This document shows positions 26,820 to 36,033 of a stretch of 64,000 nucleotides of DNA, one piece after another (the stretch's first letter is position 1; every line of letters begins with the position of its first letter). Under the pieces are notes generated by a model. That model saw only the letters and a program-made list of their open reading frames with translations. It was not told the DNA's origin and searched no databases. The DNA is from an uncultured Chloroflexia bacterium (lineage in GTDB: Bacteria > Chloroflexota > Anaerolineae > CG2-30-64-16): contig CAWIPK010000006.1 in NCBI GenBank assembly GCA_963837925.1, positions 1,003,962 to 1,067,961 of the forward strand. The letters are read 5' to 3'. The position numbers and the translations under genes were made by a program.

Positions 26820-27812
26820 ATGTCCCTTGTCCTGTCTGTCCTGGTTCCGGCCCGTAACGAAGCCGAGAACGTGCCGGAGCTGGTCGCGCGCGTCGGGAAT
26901 GCTTTCGGTGAACTCGGGCTGGATCCTGACTGCGCCGAGCTCCTGCTGGTGAACGACGGTTCGACGGACGGCACCGGCGCGATCGCCGAAGAGTTGTGTG
27001 GGCCGTACCCTTTTCTGCGCGTCATTCACCATCGGCGTAACCTCGGCCTGACGGCTGCGCTCTCGACCGGGTTCCGGCTGGTCCGCGGCGACCTGGTCCT
27101 GTTCCTGCCTGCCGATCTGGAATCCGACCCTGAGGCCGACATTCCGTTGCTCGTCGGCAAGCTGCGCGAGGGTTACGATGTGGTCGCGGGCTGGCGGCAG
27201 GGCCGCAAAGAGGGCAAGGTGCTGGCCTCGGGCATCTACAATACGGTCTCCCGCCGGCTGTTCGGGCTCACGGTCCACGACATGAACTGGATCAAGGGCT
27301 TCCGGCGCGAGGTGATCGAGGACTTGCCGCCGCTGCGCTCGGACTGGCATCGTTTCTTGCTGCACATCGCCGCTCACGAGGGCTACCGGATCGGCGAAGT
27401 GCCGACCGACTGGCACAAGCGGCGCGCCGGGCGCTCGCACTATGGCCTCGGTCGGATTCCCATTTCCTTGCTCGACGTGCTGGTGGTCTGGTTCTTGCTC
27501 ACCTTCAGCCGCGCCCCGATGCGCTTCTTCGGCGGCCTGGGTTTGGGCGCTCTGGTGGCCAGTGCTCTCACCTACGCCTGGCTGATGTCGCTCTGGCTAA
27601 GCAGCGCCACCCAGAAGCGGCCCGTCTTCCTCTTCGCGGGCGGACTTGCGATCGCCGGCCTGCTGCTGTTTCTGATCGGCTTCCTGGCCGAGTTGATCGT
27701 GAACCAGGGCGAACGGCTGGCCGAGCTTGAGCGCAGCGCCCGTGCAGAAGGCCGTCTCGGTCGAGGCAGCGGACCGGGCACCAGGACGCGCGAACGCGGC
27801 GACCCGTTATGA
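26820..27812 (+). CDS. GT2 polyprenyl-phosphate glycosyltransferase (DPM1/GtrB/ArnC-like) with two C-terminal TM helices
   Basis: The ATG is at 26820, directly after the upstream stop. The translation is MSLVLSVLVPARNEAENVPELV…LLVNDGSTDGTGAIA…, a GT-A DxD-type fold. The C-terminal TM pair is typical of the lipid-carrier-loading GT2 subfamily. The 5' extension in the track is rejected. Confidence 0.85.
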   Translation: MSLVLSVLVPARNEAENVPELVARVGNAFGELGLDPDCAELLLVNDGSTDGTGAIAEELCGPYPFLRVIHHRRNLGLTAALSTGFRLVRGDLVLFLPADLESDPEADIPLLVGKLREGYDVVAGWRQGRKEGKVLASGIYNTVSRRLFGLTVHDMNWIKGFRREVIEDLPPLRSDWHRFLLHIAAHEGYRIGEVPTDWHKRRAGRSHYGLGRIPISLLDVLVVWFLLTFSRAPMRFFGGLGLGALVASALTYAWLMSLWLSSATQKRPVFLFAGGLAIAGLLLFLIGFLAELIVNQGERLAELERSARAEGRLGRGSGPGTRTRERGDPL

Positions 27813-30526
27813 CGCCAGCTCGTCGGGCAGCGAACCGGGCGGCGCCCGATGTCTCTCTCAAAGCGCCTCGCGCCGCCGGTCAGCCGGCCGGCTGGTTGCT
27901 CGCGCTCCTCATAGTGGGCTTTTCCCTGTGGTTCTCCTGCTACAGCATCCGTCTGCACGACGCGCACCTGACCTACAAGGCCGACCTGGGCCAGATGGAC
28001 CTTGCCATCTGGAACACCGCCCACGGGCGCTTCTTGCAAGAGACCAGAGACGCTTCCATAAGCACGCGCCTCACCGATCACTTCGAGCCGATTTTCGCTT
28101 TGATCGCGCCGATCTACTGGCTTTGGGACGACGTGCGAGCGCTGCTCATCCTGCAGGCCGTCTGTCTCGCTCTCGGCGCCTGGCCCATCTATCTGCTGGC
28201 ACGGCGCAGGCTGATGGCAGCCAGGCAGGGGGACGGGGCACCGTGGGGCGCCCTCGCGTTCGCAGCGGCCTATTTGTCCGTACCCGCGCTCGAAGCACCG
28301 CTGGTCAGCGACTTTCACGCCCTGCCTCTGGCCGTGCCGCTGATCGGCTGGGCATTCTGGACGATCGAACGGGGGCAGTGGCGCCGCTTCGTCCTCGCGG
28401 CGCTCCTGTTGGCGAGCGTTCAGGAAGGCATGGCCCTGCTGACGGCCACGCTGGGTCTGTACGCGGCCGCGCGGATGTCCCGCGCACTCCAGCAGGGCAC
28501 GGGCGGAAAGCCGGACGCGGTGGGGGAGTTGAATCATCAGACAGGGCCCTGGCCGGGGGTGTTGGTGGGAGCCGCGGTTTGCCTCCTCGGCCTGGCCTGG
28601 TTTTACGTCGCGACGTTCCTGATCATCCCGCGCTTCGCTGCCCAGGCTTATGGTCTGCAAGGCTCACCGTACGCGGCGCGCTTCGGCGCCCTCGGCGACG
28701 GCTTCGCCGGCGTGCTCAGGACGATCGTCACGCGGCCCGTGCTTGTGCTGCGCACCCTGGCGGAGCCGCTGCGCCTGCAATACCTGGTCGGGCTGTTAGC
28801 CCCGACGGCTTTCCTGGCGCTCCTGGCGCCCGACATCCTCTTCGTCGGTTTGCCGCTGCTGCTCGCGAACCTGTTGAGCGACTTCCCGCTGCAGTATTCC
28901 GGCGAGCTGCACTACTCGGCGCCCCTGGTTCCCTGTTTCGTCATCGCCGGCATAATTGGGCTCACGCGTCTGCTGACCTGGCTGGGCCCGGGTCAGGCCA
29001 CCTCACGTGTGCCTCGCCTGGCTCGCCCCAGCTCGTTCCGGTTCGCGAAGCTTGCCGCCACGGCAGGCGTTGCTCTCGTCTTGATCGGCGCAATGGCTGA
29101 CCATGCCTGGGCCGGCTACACGCCGCTCGGCCGGGGATACTGGCGCCGGACGCCGGGAGGTTGGCCCCCGGTGACCGCGCACGATCGCTTGCTGGCACGT
29201 TTCAGTGGTGAGATTCCGCGCGCTGCCGCCCTGAGCACTACCCCGGACTTGTGGCCGCATCTCAGCCACCGCGTGGCCATCTATCAGTTCCCAATCGTCT
29301 CCAGTGCCGACTGGGCCTTGGTGGATGTGTCGGGCGACACGAACCGGCACCCGGCCGACATTCAGAGGGCCGTCCATGACCTGCTCGCCGGCGGCTGGGG
29401 GGTCGCCGACGCGGCCGACGGCTATATGCTGTTGCAGAGGGGCGGCGGAGCAGCGGCACTGCCGGACGCGTTCTATGATTTCGCACGCGCTGGGTCTGCC
29501 CAGCCGGAGCACCGGCTCGACGTGGCTTTCGTCGACAAGAATGGCGTGCCCCTCGTCAGGTTGCTCGGCTACGACGTGATCGACGATCCGAAATGGCGGC
29601 AGACGGGCTTCCGCTTCTACTGGCAGGCTCTGGCGCCGCTGTCTGGGGACGCAAGCATTCTGCTCCAGGTGGTCGGGCCGGACGGCACCCTCGTCGACGA
29701 CACGACGCAGCGCCCGATGCCCGCCCTGGCCTGGTATCCGCCCGCCCTCTGGCGGCCCGGCGAAACGGTGGTGACCGAGAAGCCGGGCTGGTACCTGCCG
29801 GCGATATGGGCGCCGCTTTTGACGGTGTCGACGCACGGCGTGCCCCTGGGCCCCGACCTATCGGAAGGCAAGCTCACCGCGCCGCCCGGCAGGGACGGCT
29901 CCGACACGGGAACTACGGCCTTCGAGGATGGGCGGGCTCTGTCTGTCTCCGCCAGTCAGCTGCTCCTGCCCGCCTGGACGCGCCGGGATGGGCGCCTGGT
30001 CGCCTGGCAGGGGCCGGCGACATCTCAGTCGCAGGCGGCGTTGTTTGAGGCCGACGGTTGGGGGGCCCGCTTGGCGGCCTATCGCGCGCCGGGCCGCGCG
30101 GCTCCGGGCAGCGCTTTGCCCGTCCTTCTGCGTTGGCAGGCACTGGACGGTGTCCAGGCCGAGCGAGACTACACGGTCTTCTTGCACTTGCGGGATGCCG
30201 CGGGGCAAACGGTGGCGAACGCCGATGCCACGCCGACCTGGTTCGTCTCTCGCCCGACCTCGACTTGGTCCCGCCCGGACGGCTTGCCGTTTGTGACCTG
30301 GGATGCCCACAGCCTGACGCTGCCCGGCGCCCTGCCCACCGGGCGCTACAGCCTTGTCGCAGGTCTCTACGACTGGCAGAGCGGCCGGCGCGTGGCGCTG
30401 GTGGGGCCAGACGGGAACGATGGCGGCGACGAATACGTCCTTGGATACGTGGAGATCGATCCGCGCGCCGTGCCGCAGCCCGACCTGGCCTGCTTGATGG
30501 CGCAGGAAGCCTGCGCCTCTCAGTAG
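27809..30526 (+). CDS. GT-C-like polytopic membrane protein (DUF2079-like N-terminal half) with a long duplicated extracytoplasmic C-terminal module
   Basis: 905 aa. The first ~480 aa hold about 10 TM helices with conserved …YKADLGQMDLAIWNTAHGRF…DHFEPIFALIAPIYWLW…, recalled as DUF2079-like. The C-terminal 420 aa contain two copies of a ~110-aa module also found at the C-terminus of the next gene. Confidence 0.5.
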   Translation: MTPARRAANRAAPDVSLKAPRAAGQPAGWLLALLIVGFSLWFSCYSIRLHDAHLTYKADLGQMDLAIWNTAHGRFLQETRDASISTRLTDHFEPIFALIAPIYWLWDDVRALLILQAVCLALGAWPIYLLARRRLMAARQGDGAPWGALAFAAAYLSVPALEAPLVSDFHALPLAVPLIGWAFWTIERGQWRRFVLAALLLASVQEGMALLTATLGLYAAARMSRALQQGTGGKPDAVGELNHQTGPWPGVLVGAAVCLLGLAWFYVATFLIIPRFAAQAYGLQGSPYAARFGALGDGFAGVLRTIVTRPVLVLRTLAEPLRLQYLVGLLAPTAFLALLAPDILFVGLPLLLANLLSDFPLQYSGELHYSAPLVPCFVIAGIIGLTRLLTWLGPGQATSRVPRLARPSSFRFAKLAATAGVALVLIGAMADHAWAGYTPLGRGYWRRTPGGWPPVTAHDRLLARFSGEIPRAAALSTTPDLWPHLSHRVAIYQFPIVSSADWALVDVSGDTNRHPADIQRAVHDLLAGGWGVADAADGYMLLQRGGGAAALPDAFYDFARAGSAQPEHRLDVAFVDKNGVPLVRLLGYDVIDDPKWRQTGFRFYWQALAPLSGDASILLQVVGPDGTLVDDTTQRPMPALAWYPPALWRPGETVVTEKPGWYLPAIWAPLLTVSTHGVPLGPDLSEGKLTAPPGRDGSDTGTTAFEDGRALSVSASQLLLPAWTRRDGRLVAWQGPATSQSQAALFEADGWGARLAAYRAPGRAAPGSALPVLLRWQALDGVQAERDYTVFLHLRDAAGQTVANADATPTWFVSRPTSTWSRPDGLPFVTWDAHSLTLPGALPTGRYSLVAGLYDWQSGRRVALVGPDGNDGGDEYVLGYVEIDPRAVPQPDLACLMAQEACASQ

Positions 30527-30539
30527 GGCTTGGCGCCTG

Positions 30540-32603
30540 ATGTCAGGGACTGATAGGGATAGAAGGACAAAGGACCGGCAAACCTTGGCGACTGGCCTGA
30601 ACCGACGGCTCGCTTACCCGCTTCTTCTGGCGCTCATACTGCTCGCCTTCGGTCTGCGCGTCTACCACCTGAGCGCCCAGAGCCTTTGGTACGATGAGGC
30701 TGTCACGGCGCAGGTGGCCTCGCGCGGCCTGGTCGAGTTGACGCGTTGGACGGCGGACGACATCCAGCCCCCGCTCTACTACTACCTGGTCGCCGGCTGG
30801 ACGCGCCTGGCCGGGCAAGGCGAGTGGGCCTTGCGCTTTCCCTCGGTCTTCTTCGGCGTGCTGACGGTGCCGCTTCTGGCGGTGCTGGCCGGCCGTCTTT
30901 TCGCCAGGCGTCGAGGCGCAGGCGGGGTTCCATTGGCGGCAGCCTTGCTGGGCGCGCTTTCTCCGGCTTACGTGTACTACGCTCAGGAAGCGCGCATGTA
31001 CACCCAGCTTGTCTTCCTGGGTTCGCTGACCGGCTATGCCCTCCTGCGTGCCGCCGACGCGCGCGAGCAGAGGAAGGCGCGCGGCTGGTGGCTCGCGTTC
31101 GTGCTCGCCGCGGCGGCGACTCTCTACACCCACTACTTTGGCGTGTTCCTTCTGTTGGCCTACGGCGTCTGCGCGCTGGTGACCTGGCTCATCCGCAGCC
31201 CGTTGCTGGATGGGCGACCGGGAAGGCGCCTGGTGGGCCGGGCAGCCCTGGCCGGCCTGGCAGTGTTCGCTCTTTATCTGCCCTGGCTGCCGTCGATGCT
31301 CAGGCGTTACGGCCTCGACCGCAGCTACTGGCAGGGCAGTCTGAAGCTTGGCGAGGCGCTGCGCCACGTTGCCATCAGCTTCACCGCCGGAGCGCCCGAG
31401 ACCGCGCAGGAAGGCGCGGCCGTGGGACTGCTGCCCTGGTTTGGCCTGGCCCTCGGCATAGCAGTCCTGGCGCTCCTGTTGTCGCCGGGAGGTCGAGGCC
31501 GCTCGACCGGCCGGACGTGGCACGTCCTGGCCGTGCTCGCGCTGCCGGTGATCGCGGTCCTGGCCCTCGCCTCCCGCTCGCCCAAATTCAACGCGCGTTA
31601 CCTGCTGATGGTGTCGCCGGCCTATCTGCTGCTGCTGGCCGGAGGGGCCGGCGCGCTGCTGAACTGGGGGAGTGGCGAGTGGCCGGCCGCCAGCGCGGCC
31701 CGCCGGCTCGCGCGCTGGCGCGCCGCCCCGCACATCCTCGGTCCTTGCCTGGCGATAGCCGTACTTGCCCTGCCTGCCGGCGTTAGCTATCGCAGCCTGC
31801 ACAATTGGTTCGCGGACCAGGCTTTCACCAAGGCGCAGTGGCGGGAAATGGTCGGAGGTGTCACCCGGCGCATGGCGCCAGATGATGCCGTCGTATTGGT
31901 ATCTGGCCATGCTTACCCGGCCTGGGAGTACTACGCGCCCTCCGTCCCAGCGCTTCGCCTGCCTGACATGGACGTGCTGGACGTGACCCGCGTGCTGGGA
32001 TTCGACGTCGCGACGCAGCTCGGTCCGGCCCTGGCCGGTAAGTCCGGCGTGTGGTTGGTGGAGTGGCAGGCCGATACGGTGGACCCGATGGGCGTTGTAC
32101 CCTACTTGCTGGACCGGGCCGGGACGGAGGTCCCGTTCGATCGGGGTTACTGGGGCTTGCAAGTGCGGCACTGGCAGTTGCGTCCTGCTGCGCAGTACCT
32201 GGCCCTGCCTCAGCCGGAACACCCGCAAGCGGCCGATTTGGGCCATCGGTTGGCACTGGTAGGGTGGGATGAACCGCGCGACGGGCAGATTGCCGTTTAC
32301 TGGCGGGCGCTGCAAAGCCTGGATCGTGACTACCAGGTCTCGCTGCGGGCGGAAGACCTGGCAGGCAACGAAATACTCGGTCATGGCTGGGACGGCCGGC
32401 CGGCAAGCTACGAATACCCGGCCACGCGTTGGCGTGCAGGCGAGGTCATCTTCGGACGCTACCCGCTGCCCGCCGGGCTTCCGGCCGGCGGCTACTACGT
32501 CGCCCTGACCGTCTATGATTCCAGCGAGCCGTCGGGCCTCGACGTGATGGATGTCGCGGGCAATCCGGCCGGCAAACGCGTGCGGTTGGGGCCGCTGCGG
32601 TGA
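30540..32603 (+). CDS. GT-C glycosyltransferase of the ArnT/PMT (GT39/GT83-like) family
   Basis: The N-terminal polytopic domain carries the family hallmark …SLWYDEAVTAQVASRGLVELTRWTADDIQPPLYYYLVAGWTRLAGQGEWALRFPSVFFGVLTVPLL…, which matches the periplasmic loop 1 motif of ArnT/PMT enzymes. The C-terminal ~120 aa are one copy of the module shared with 27809..30526. Confidence 0.7.
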   Translation: MSGTDRDRRTKDRQTLATGLNRRLAYPLLLALILLAFGLRVYHLSAQSLWYDEAVTAQVASRGLVELTRWTADDIQPPLYYYLVAGWTRLAGQGEWALRFPSVFFGVLTVPLLAVLAGRLFARRRGAGGVPLAAALLGALSPAYVYYAQEARMYTQLVFLGSLTGYALLRAADAREQRKARGWWLAFVLAAAATLYTHYFGVFLLLAYGVCALVTWLIRSPLLDGRPGRRLVGRAALAGLAVFALYLPWLPSMLRRYGLDRSYWQGSLKLGEALRHVAISFTAGAPETAQEGAAVGLLPWFGLALGIAVLALLLSPGGRGRSTGRTWHVLAVLALPVIAVLALASRSPKFNARYLLMVSPAYLLLLAGGAGALLNWGSGEWPAASAARRLARWRAAPHILGPCLAIAVLALPAGVSYRSLHNWFADQAFTKAQWREMVGGVTRRMAPDDAVVLVSGHAYPAWEYYAPSVPALRLPDMDVLDVTRVLGFDVATQLGPALAGKSGVWLVEWQADTVDPMGVVPYLLDRAGTEVPFDRGYWGLQVRHWQLRPAAQYLALPQPEHPQAADLGHRLALVGWDEPRDGQIAVYWRALQSLDRDYQVSLRAEDLAGNEILGHGWDGRPASYEYPATRWRAGEVIFGRYPLPAGLPAGGYYVALTVYDSSEPSGLDVMDVAGNPAGKRVRLGPLR

Positions 32604-32769
32604 AGCCGTCACGCGGCACGAAGCCTGCCTGCTTTGACGATGCGTCGCCGATTTGATACACTGCCCTGGCCGGTTCGCCTTGGCCGGTTCTGCGCCGCAG
32701 AACCGCTCCCGCCTTTCCACTCTCGCGAGGCCGGCCGCCCGCCGATTTTCCTTACCTGGAGGCTACTCA

Positions 32770-34089
32770 GTGCCGGTACGAGCCCGGTGGTTGATCTTTG
32801 CCCTGTCGCTGCTGGCCGTAATGCTGTTTGCCGCCGGCTGTTCCTATCTGCGGCCTTTACTGAGCGGCGTGCGGGTCACGCCGGCGCTGATCTCCCCCAA
32901 TGCCGACGGTACCGACGACGTGACGCACATCTATTACTCGGTTGGCCGGGCCGCCAGCGTCTCGATTTACCTGATCGATGCTGGCGGAGGCCGGCACTAC
33001 TTTCGTCGGGACCAACGTCGATCGCCAGGCAAATACGACGTCTATTGGGGAGGGGTGATCACCGATCCGCAGATGCGCGCGGTGGCAGGTGGCCAGGAAT
33101 CGGTGACTAGCCAGGTGCTGCCTGATGGCATTTATACCTGGGTAATTGAAGCCACGGACGATGGCGGCCACAGCCAGCAGGAGCAGGGTCAGATCACGCT
33201 CGAGGCGGCCGACACCAGCCTGCCTGACCTGCTGGACTTCTCGGTGACCCCACGGGAGTTCACGCCAAACCAGGACGGGATCGGCGACCGCGTGACGATC
33301 GCCTACACGCTGGCCAAGAAAGCCGAGCGCGTTCAAGTATTCCTCGTGCAGCCAGGACGCGAGGCGGCGGGCGCGGACTTGCGCTATCCGATCGCCGAGG
33401 ACCCCACGGCCACGGCCTCCGAACCGAACGACGTGGGTTACCATTCCTACACCTACGACGGTGGGGTCGATCTCAATGCCGAGCCACCCCCGGACGGCAA
33501 CTACGTGATCAAAGCCGAGGCTGAGGACCGCGCCGGTAACCGCGTGGTCGTATCCTCAACCCTGACCATCCGAGAGGGTGGCAAGCCGCGCGCCGACGTG
33601 GCCGGTGGACAGATCAATTGGCAGGCTGGGCAAAGCGCCCAGGTCGCGGTTCCCCTGGGGCAGACCCTCTGCCTGACTGCCACGGTCATCAATATCGGTC
33701 CGGTGCCCATCCGCACGGCCGGTCCCTGGCCGGGCCAGCTCTACAAGTTCGGTGAGAACAGCAACACTCTGGCCCAGGCCGCAAACCAGCCGTCGTGGTA
33801 TCAACAGCAGGGTGCTTGGCGTTTCGGCATCAACTTTGACACCACCGGCGTCGACTTTCCGTTCCGTTGGGCAATCGGCCGCAAAGAGGACCTGGAAGCA
33901 AGGCAGGTCGACGGCGAAACGCAATATTACCTGTTGCCGGGCCATCGCGGCCAGGTGTCGGGCTGCATCTTGTTCGATCGGGTGCCGCCGGTCGGGACCC
34001 AGTTTTGGTGGGGCGGATTGCTCCACGAGGGCGTCGAGGTCGCCAACGACCAGGTGGATCGCATCCAAGTACTAGTGGGCGCGCCCTGA
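32770..34089 (+). CDS. Secreted/lipoprotein-like protein with two FlgD-Ig-like (…SPN.DG..D…) domains
   Basis: A GTG at about 32770 lies 7 nt after GGAGG. The signal and possible lipobox read …LLAVMLFAAGC… Repeats ISPNADGTDDVTHIYYSV and FTPNQDGIGDRVTIAYTL match the FSPNGDGVND motif of FlgD Ig-like domains. The start is uncertain; the track gives 32653. Confidence 0.5.
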   Translation: MPVRARWLIFALSLLAVMLFAAGCSYLRPLLSGVRVTPALISPNADGTDDVTHIYYSVGRAASVSIYLIDAGGGRHYFRRDQRRSPGKYDVYWGGVITDPQMRAVAGGQESVTSQVLPDGIYTWVIEATDDGGHSQQEQGQITLEAADTSLPDLLDFSVTPREFTPNQDGIGDRVTIAYTLAKKAERVQVFLVQPGREAAGADLRYPIAEDPTATASEPNDVGYHSYTYDGGVDLNAEPPPDGNYVIKAEAEDRAGNRVVVSSTLTIREGGKPRADVAGGQINWQAGQSAQVAVPLGQTLCLTATVINIGPVPIRTAGPWPGQLYKFGENSNTLAQAANQPSWYQQQGAWRFGINFDTTGVDFPFRWAIGRKEDLEARQVDGETQYYLLPGHRGQVSGCILFDRVPPVGTQFWWGGLLHEGVEVANDQVDRIQVLVGAP

Positions 34090-34090
34090 C

Positions 34091-35137
34091 ATGCCAGCTC
34101 CCGGCCTTGCCGTCATCGTCGTCAGCTACAACACGCGCTTGCTCACGCGCGCCTGCCTGCGCGCGACTTTCGCCGGTCTGGCCCTCAGCCCGGAACTCGA
34201 GGCCACCGTCTGGGTGGTTGACAATGCTTCGACGGATGGCAGCCCGGAGATGGTCGCGCTGGAGTTCCCCCAGGCCAGGCTGATCAAGAGCCCGTCGAAT
34301 TGTGGCTTCGCCGGCGGCAACAACCTGGCGCTCCAGACGCTCGGTTTCGCTTCCCAGTTGGCGCGCGGGACGGGGGATGGCCGACCGGTGCGTATCCCGC
34401 CCATCGGTGTGCCGTCGCCCCGCCCGCCTGACCTCGTCCTGCTGCTGAATTCAGATGCCGAGCCCGTGGGCGATGCGATTGGGCAGATGGCGCGTTTCCT
34501 GTTGGCCCACCCGGAGGCCGGTGGCGCAGGCGCCCGCCTATGCTATCCCGACGGCCGCTTTCAGCACGGTGCTTTTCGTTTCCCCGGCCTGTTCCAACTC
34601 TGGTTTGATTTGTTCATCCCGCGGCCGCGGCGGCTGCTCGACTCGCGCTTGAACGGGCGCTACGCGCGCGCGGCCTACGATGCCGGGAGGCCGTTTGCGG
34701 TTGATTTTGTATTGGGTGCCGCGCTGATGGCACGCCGCGAGGCCGTCCAGGCAGCCGGGCTGCTTGACGAAGGCTACTTCATGTATGCCGAGGAGGTGGA
34801 CTGGTGCTGGCGAATGCAGCGGGCCGGCTGGCACTTCCACTGCGTTCCCACGGCCCAGGTGATCCACCACGGCGGCGCCAGCACGCAGCAGTTTCGCGCC
34901 CGTTCGATGCTGGACCTCTGGCGCAGCCGGCAGCGGCTATACGTCCGTTTTTATGGCCCGGCGCGGCGCCGGCTGTCGTCGCAAATCGTACGCCTCGGGA
35001 TGGCTGCCGAGGTTCGGCGCACGCGCGCTGCGCACACGCGGGGCGAAATCGGCGCGGCCGAGGCGGACGAGCGCTGCGCTGCTGCCCGCCGGGTGGCGGA
35101 GATGTTCCGTACCGGGGTTGAGGGAGAGTCAAATTGA
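34091..35137 (+). CDS. Glycosyltransferase family 2
   Basis: The translation reads …LAVIVVSYNTRLLTRACL…WVVDNASTDGS…LLNSDAEP… and has the GT-A fold DxD/DAE motifs. Confidence 0.85.
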   Translation: MPAPGLAVIVVSYNTRLLTRACLRATFAGLALSPELEATVWVVDNASTDGSPEMVALEFPQARLIKSPSNCGFAGGNNLALQTLGFASQLARGTGDGRPVRIPPIGVPSPRPPDLVLLLNSDAEPVGDAIGQMARFLLAHPEAGGAGARLCYPDGRFQHGAFRFPGLFQLWFDLFIPRPRRLLDSRLNGRYARAAYDAGRPFAVDFVLGAALMARREAVQAAGLLDEGYFMYAEEVDWCWRMQRAGWHFHCVPTAQVIHHGGASTQQFRARSMLDLWRSRQRLYVRFYGPARRRLSSQIVRLGMAAEVRRTRAAHTRGEIGAAEADERCAAARRVAEMFRTGVEGESN

Positions 35138-35913
35138 GCCAAGTGGATGCGAGCCCGATTCCGCCTGAGCCCGTGAAACTGGCGGCCGTGGTCCTCACCA
35201 AGAATGTGGCCCAGCACATCGGTCCGTGCCTGGCCACGCTGTCATTCGCGGACACCGTCGTCGTGTCTGACTCGTTCAGCGACGATGGGACGGTGGAACG
35301 TGCCCGAGCGGGTGGCGCTTACGTCATGCAGCGTCCTTTCGATAACTTCGCCGGGCAGCGAAACGCCGCCCTGGAGGCCATCAACGCCGAATGGGTCTTC
35401 TTCGTGGATGCTGATGAGCGCATCACCCCGGAGTTGGCCGCGGAAGTGCGCCAGGTCATCTCCGAACGGGCGGAGGTGGGTTGGTGGGTACCCCGGCACA
35501 ACTACATTGCCGGCCAACGCGTGCGTTACGGCGGATTCTATCCCGATTATCAGCTGCGCTTGCTGCGGCGGGAACGGGCCCACTATGACCCGAACCGGCC
35601 GGTTCACGAGGTGGTGTTGCTGGACGGGCCAGACGGCCGGCTGCAAAACGTTATGATCCACTACAACTACGACAGTTGGGCCCAATTCCGCGCCAAACAA
35701 CTGCGCTACGCCCGCTATGAGGCCGACATTCTGCGCGCTCGAGGCGTCAAGCCCTGGCCGCACAAGTTCGTCCGTCCAGGGCTGCGCGAATTCTGGCGCC
35801 GCTACGTGTCGCTGCAAGGCTATAAAGACGGTTGGCTGGGGTTGAAGCTGGCGATTTTGCTCGGGCACTACTATGGCTTTATGCCACACTGGTATCTCGT
35901 GCGCCCAGCCTGA
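35134..35913 (+). CDS. Glycosyltransferase family 2 (LPS-core WaaE/KdtX-like subfamily)
   Basis: The translation reads …LAAVVLTKNVAQHIGPCLATLSFADTVVVSDSFSDDGTVERAR…VFFVDADERI… There is a 4-nt overlap with the upstream GT2. Confidence 0.8.
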   Translation: MSQVDASPIPPEPVKLAAVVLTKNVAQHIGPCLATLSFADTVVVSDSFSDDGTVERARAGGAYVMQRPFDNFAGQRNAALEAINAEWVFFVDADERITPELAAEVRQVISERAEVGWWVPRHNYIAGQRVRYGGFYPDYQLRLLRRERAHYDPNRPVHEVVLLDGPDGRLQNVMIHYNYDSWAQFRAKQLRYARYEADILRARGVKPWPHKFVRPGLREFWRRYVSLQGYKDGWLGLKLAILLGHYYGFMPHWYLVRPA

Positions 35914-36033
35914 ACGCCGCTGTCGCCTGATCTGGCCGGCGTTCGGCCCGGCCCCGCTTATTACCAGAGCGTCTTCGACCCGAGTTCGCGACCTTCTTGC
36001 GTGGCTTGCCAGACTCCGAAACGCCGCCGCGCG

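Noticed and set aside
30543-32720. 725-aa minus-strand ORF
   Set aside because: It is antisense to the ArnT/PMT-like GT-C gene, whose plus-strand translation has the diagnostic loop motif. The minus-strand translation is featureless and Arg/Gly rich.
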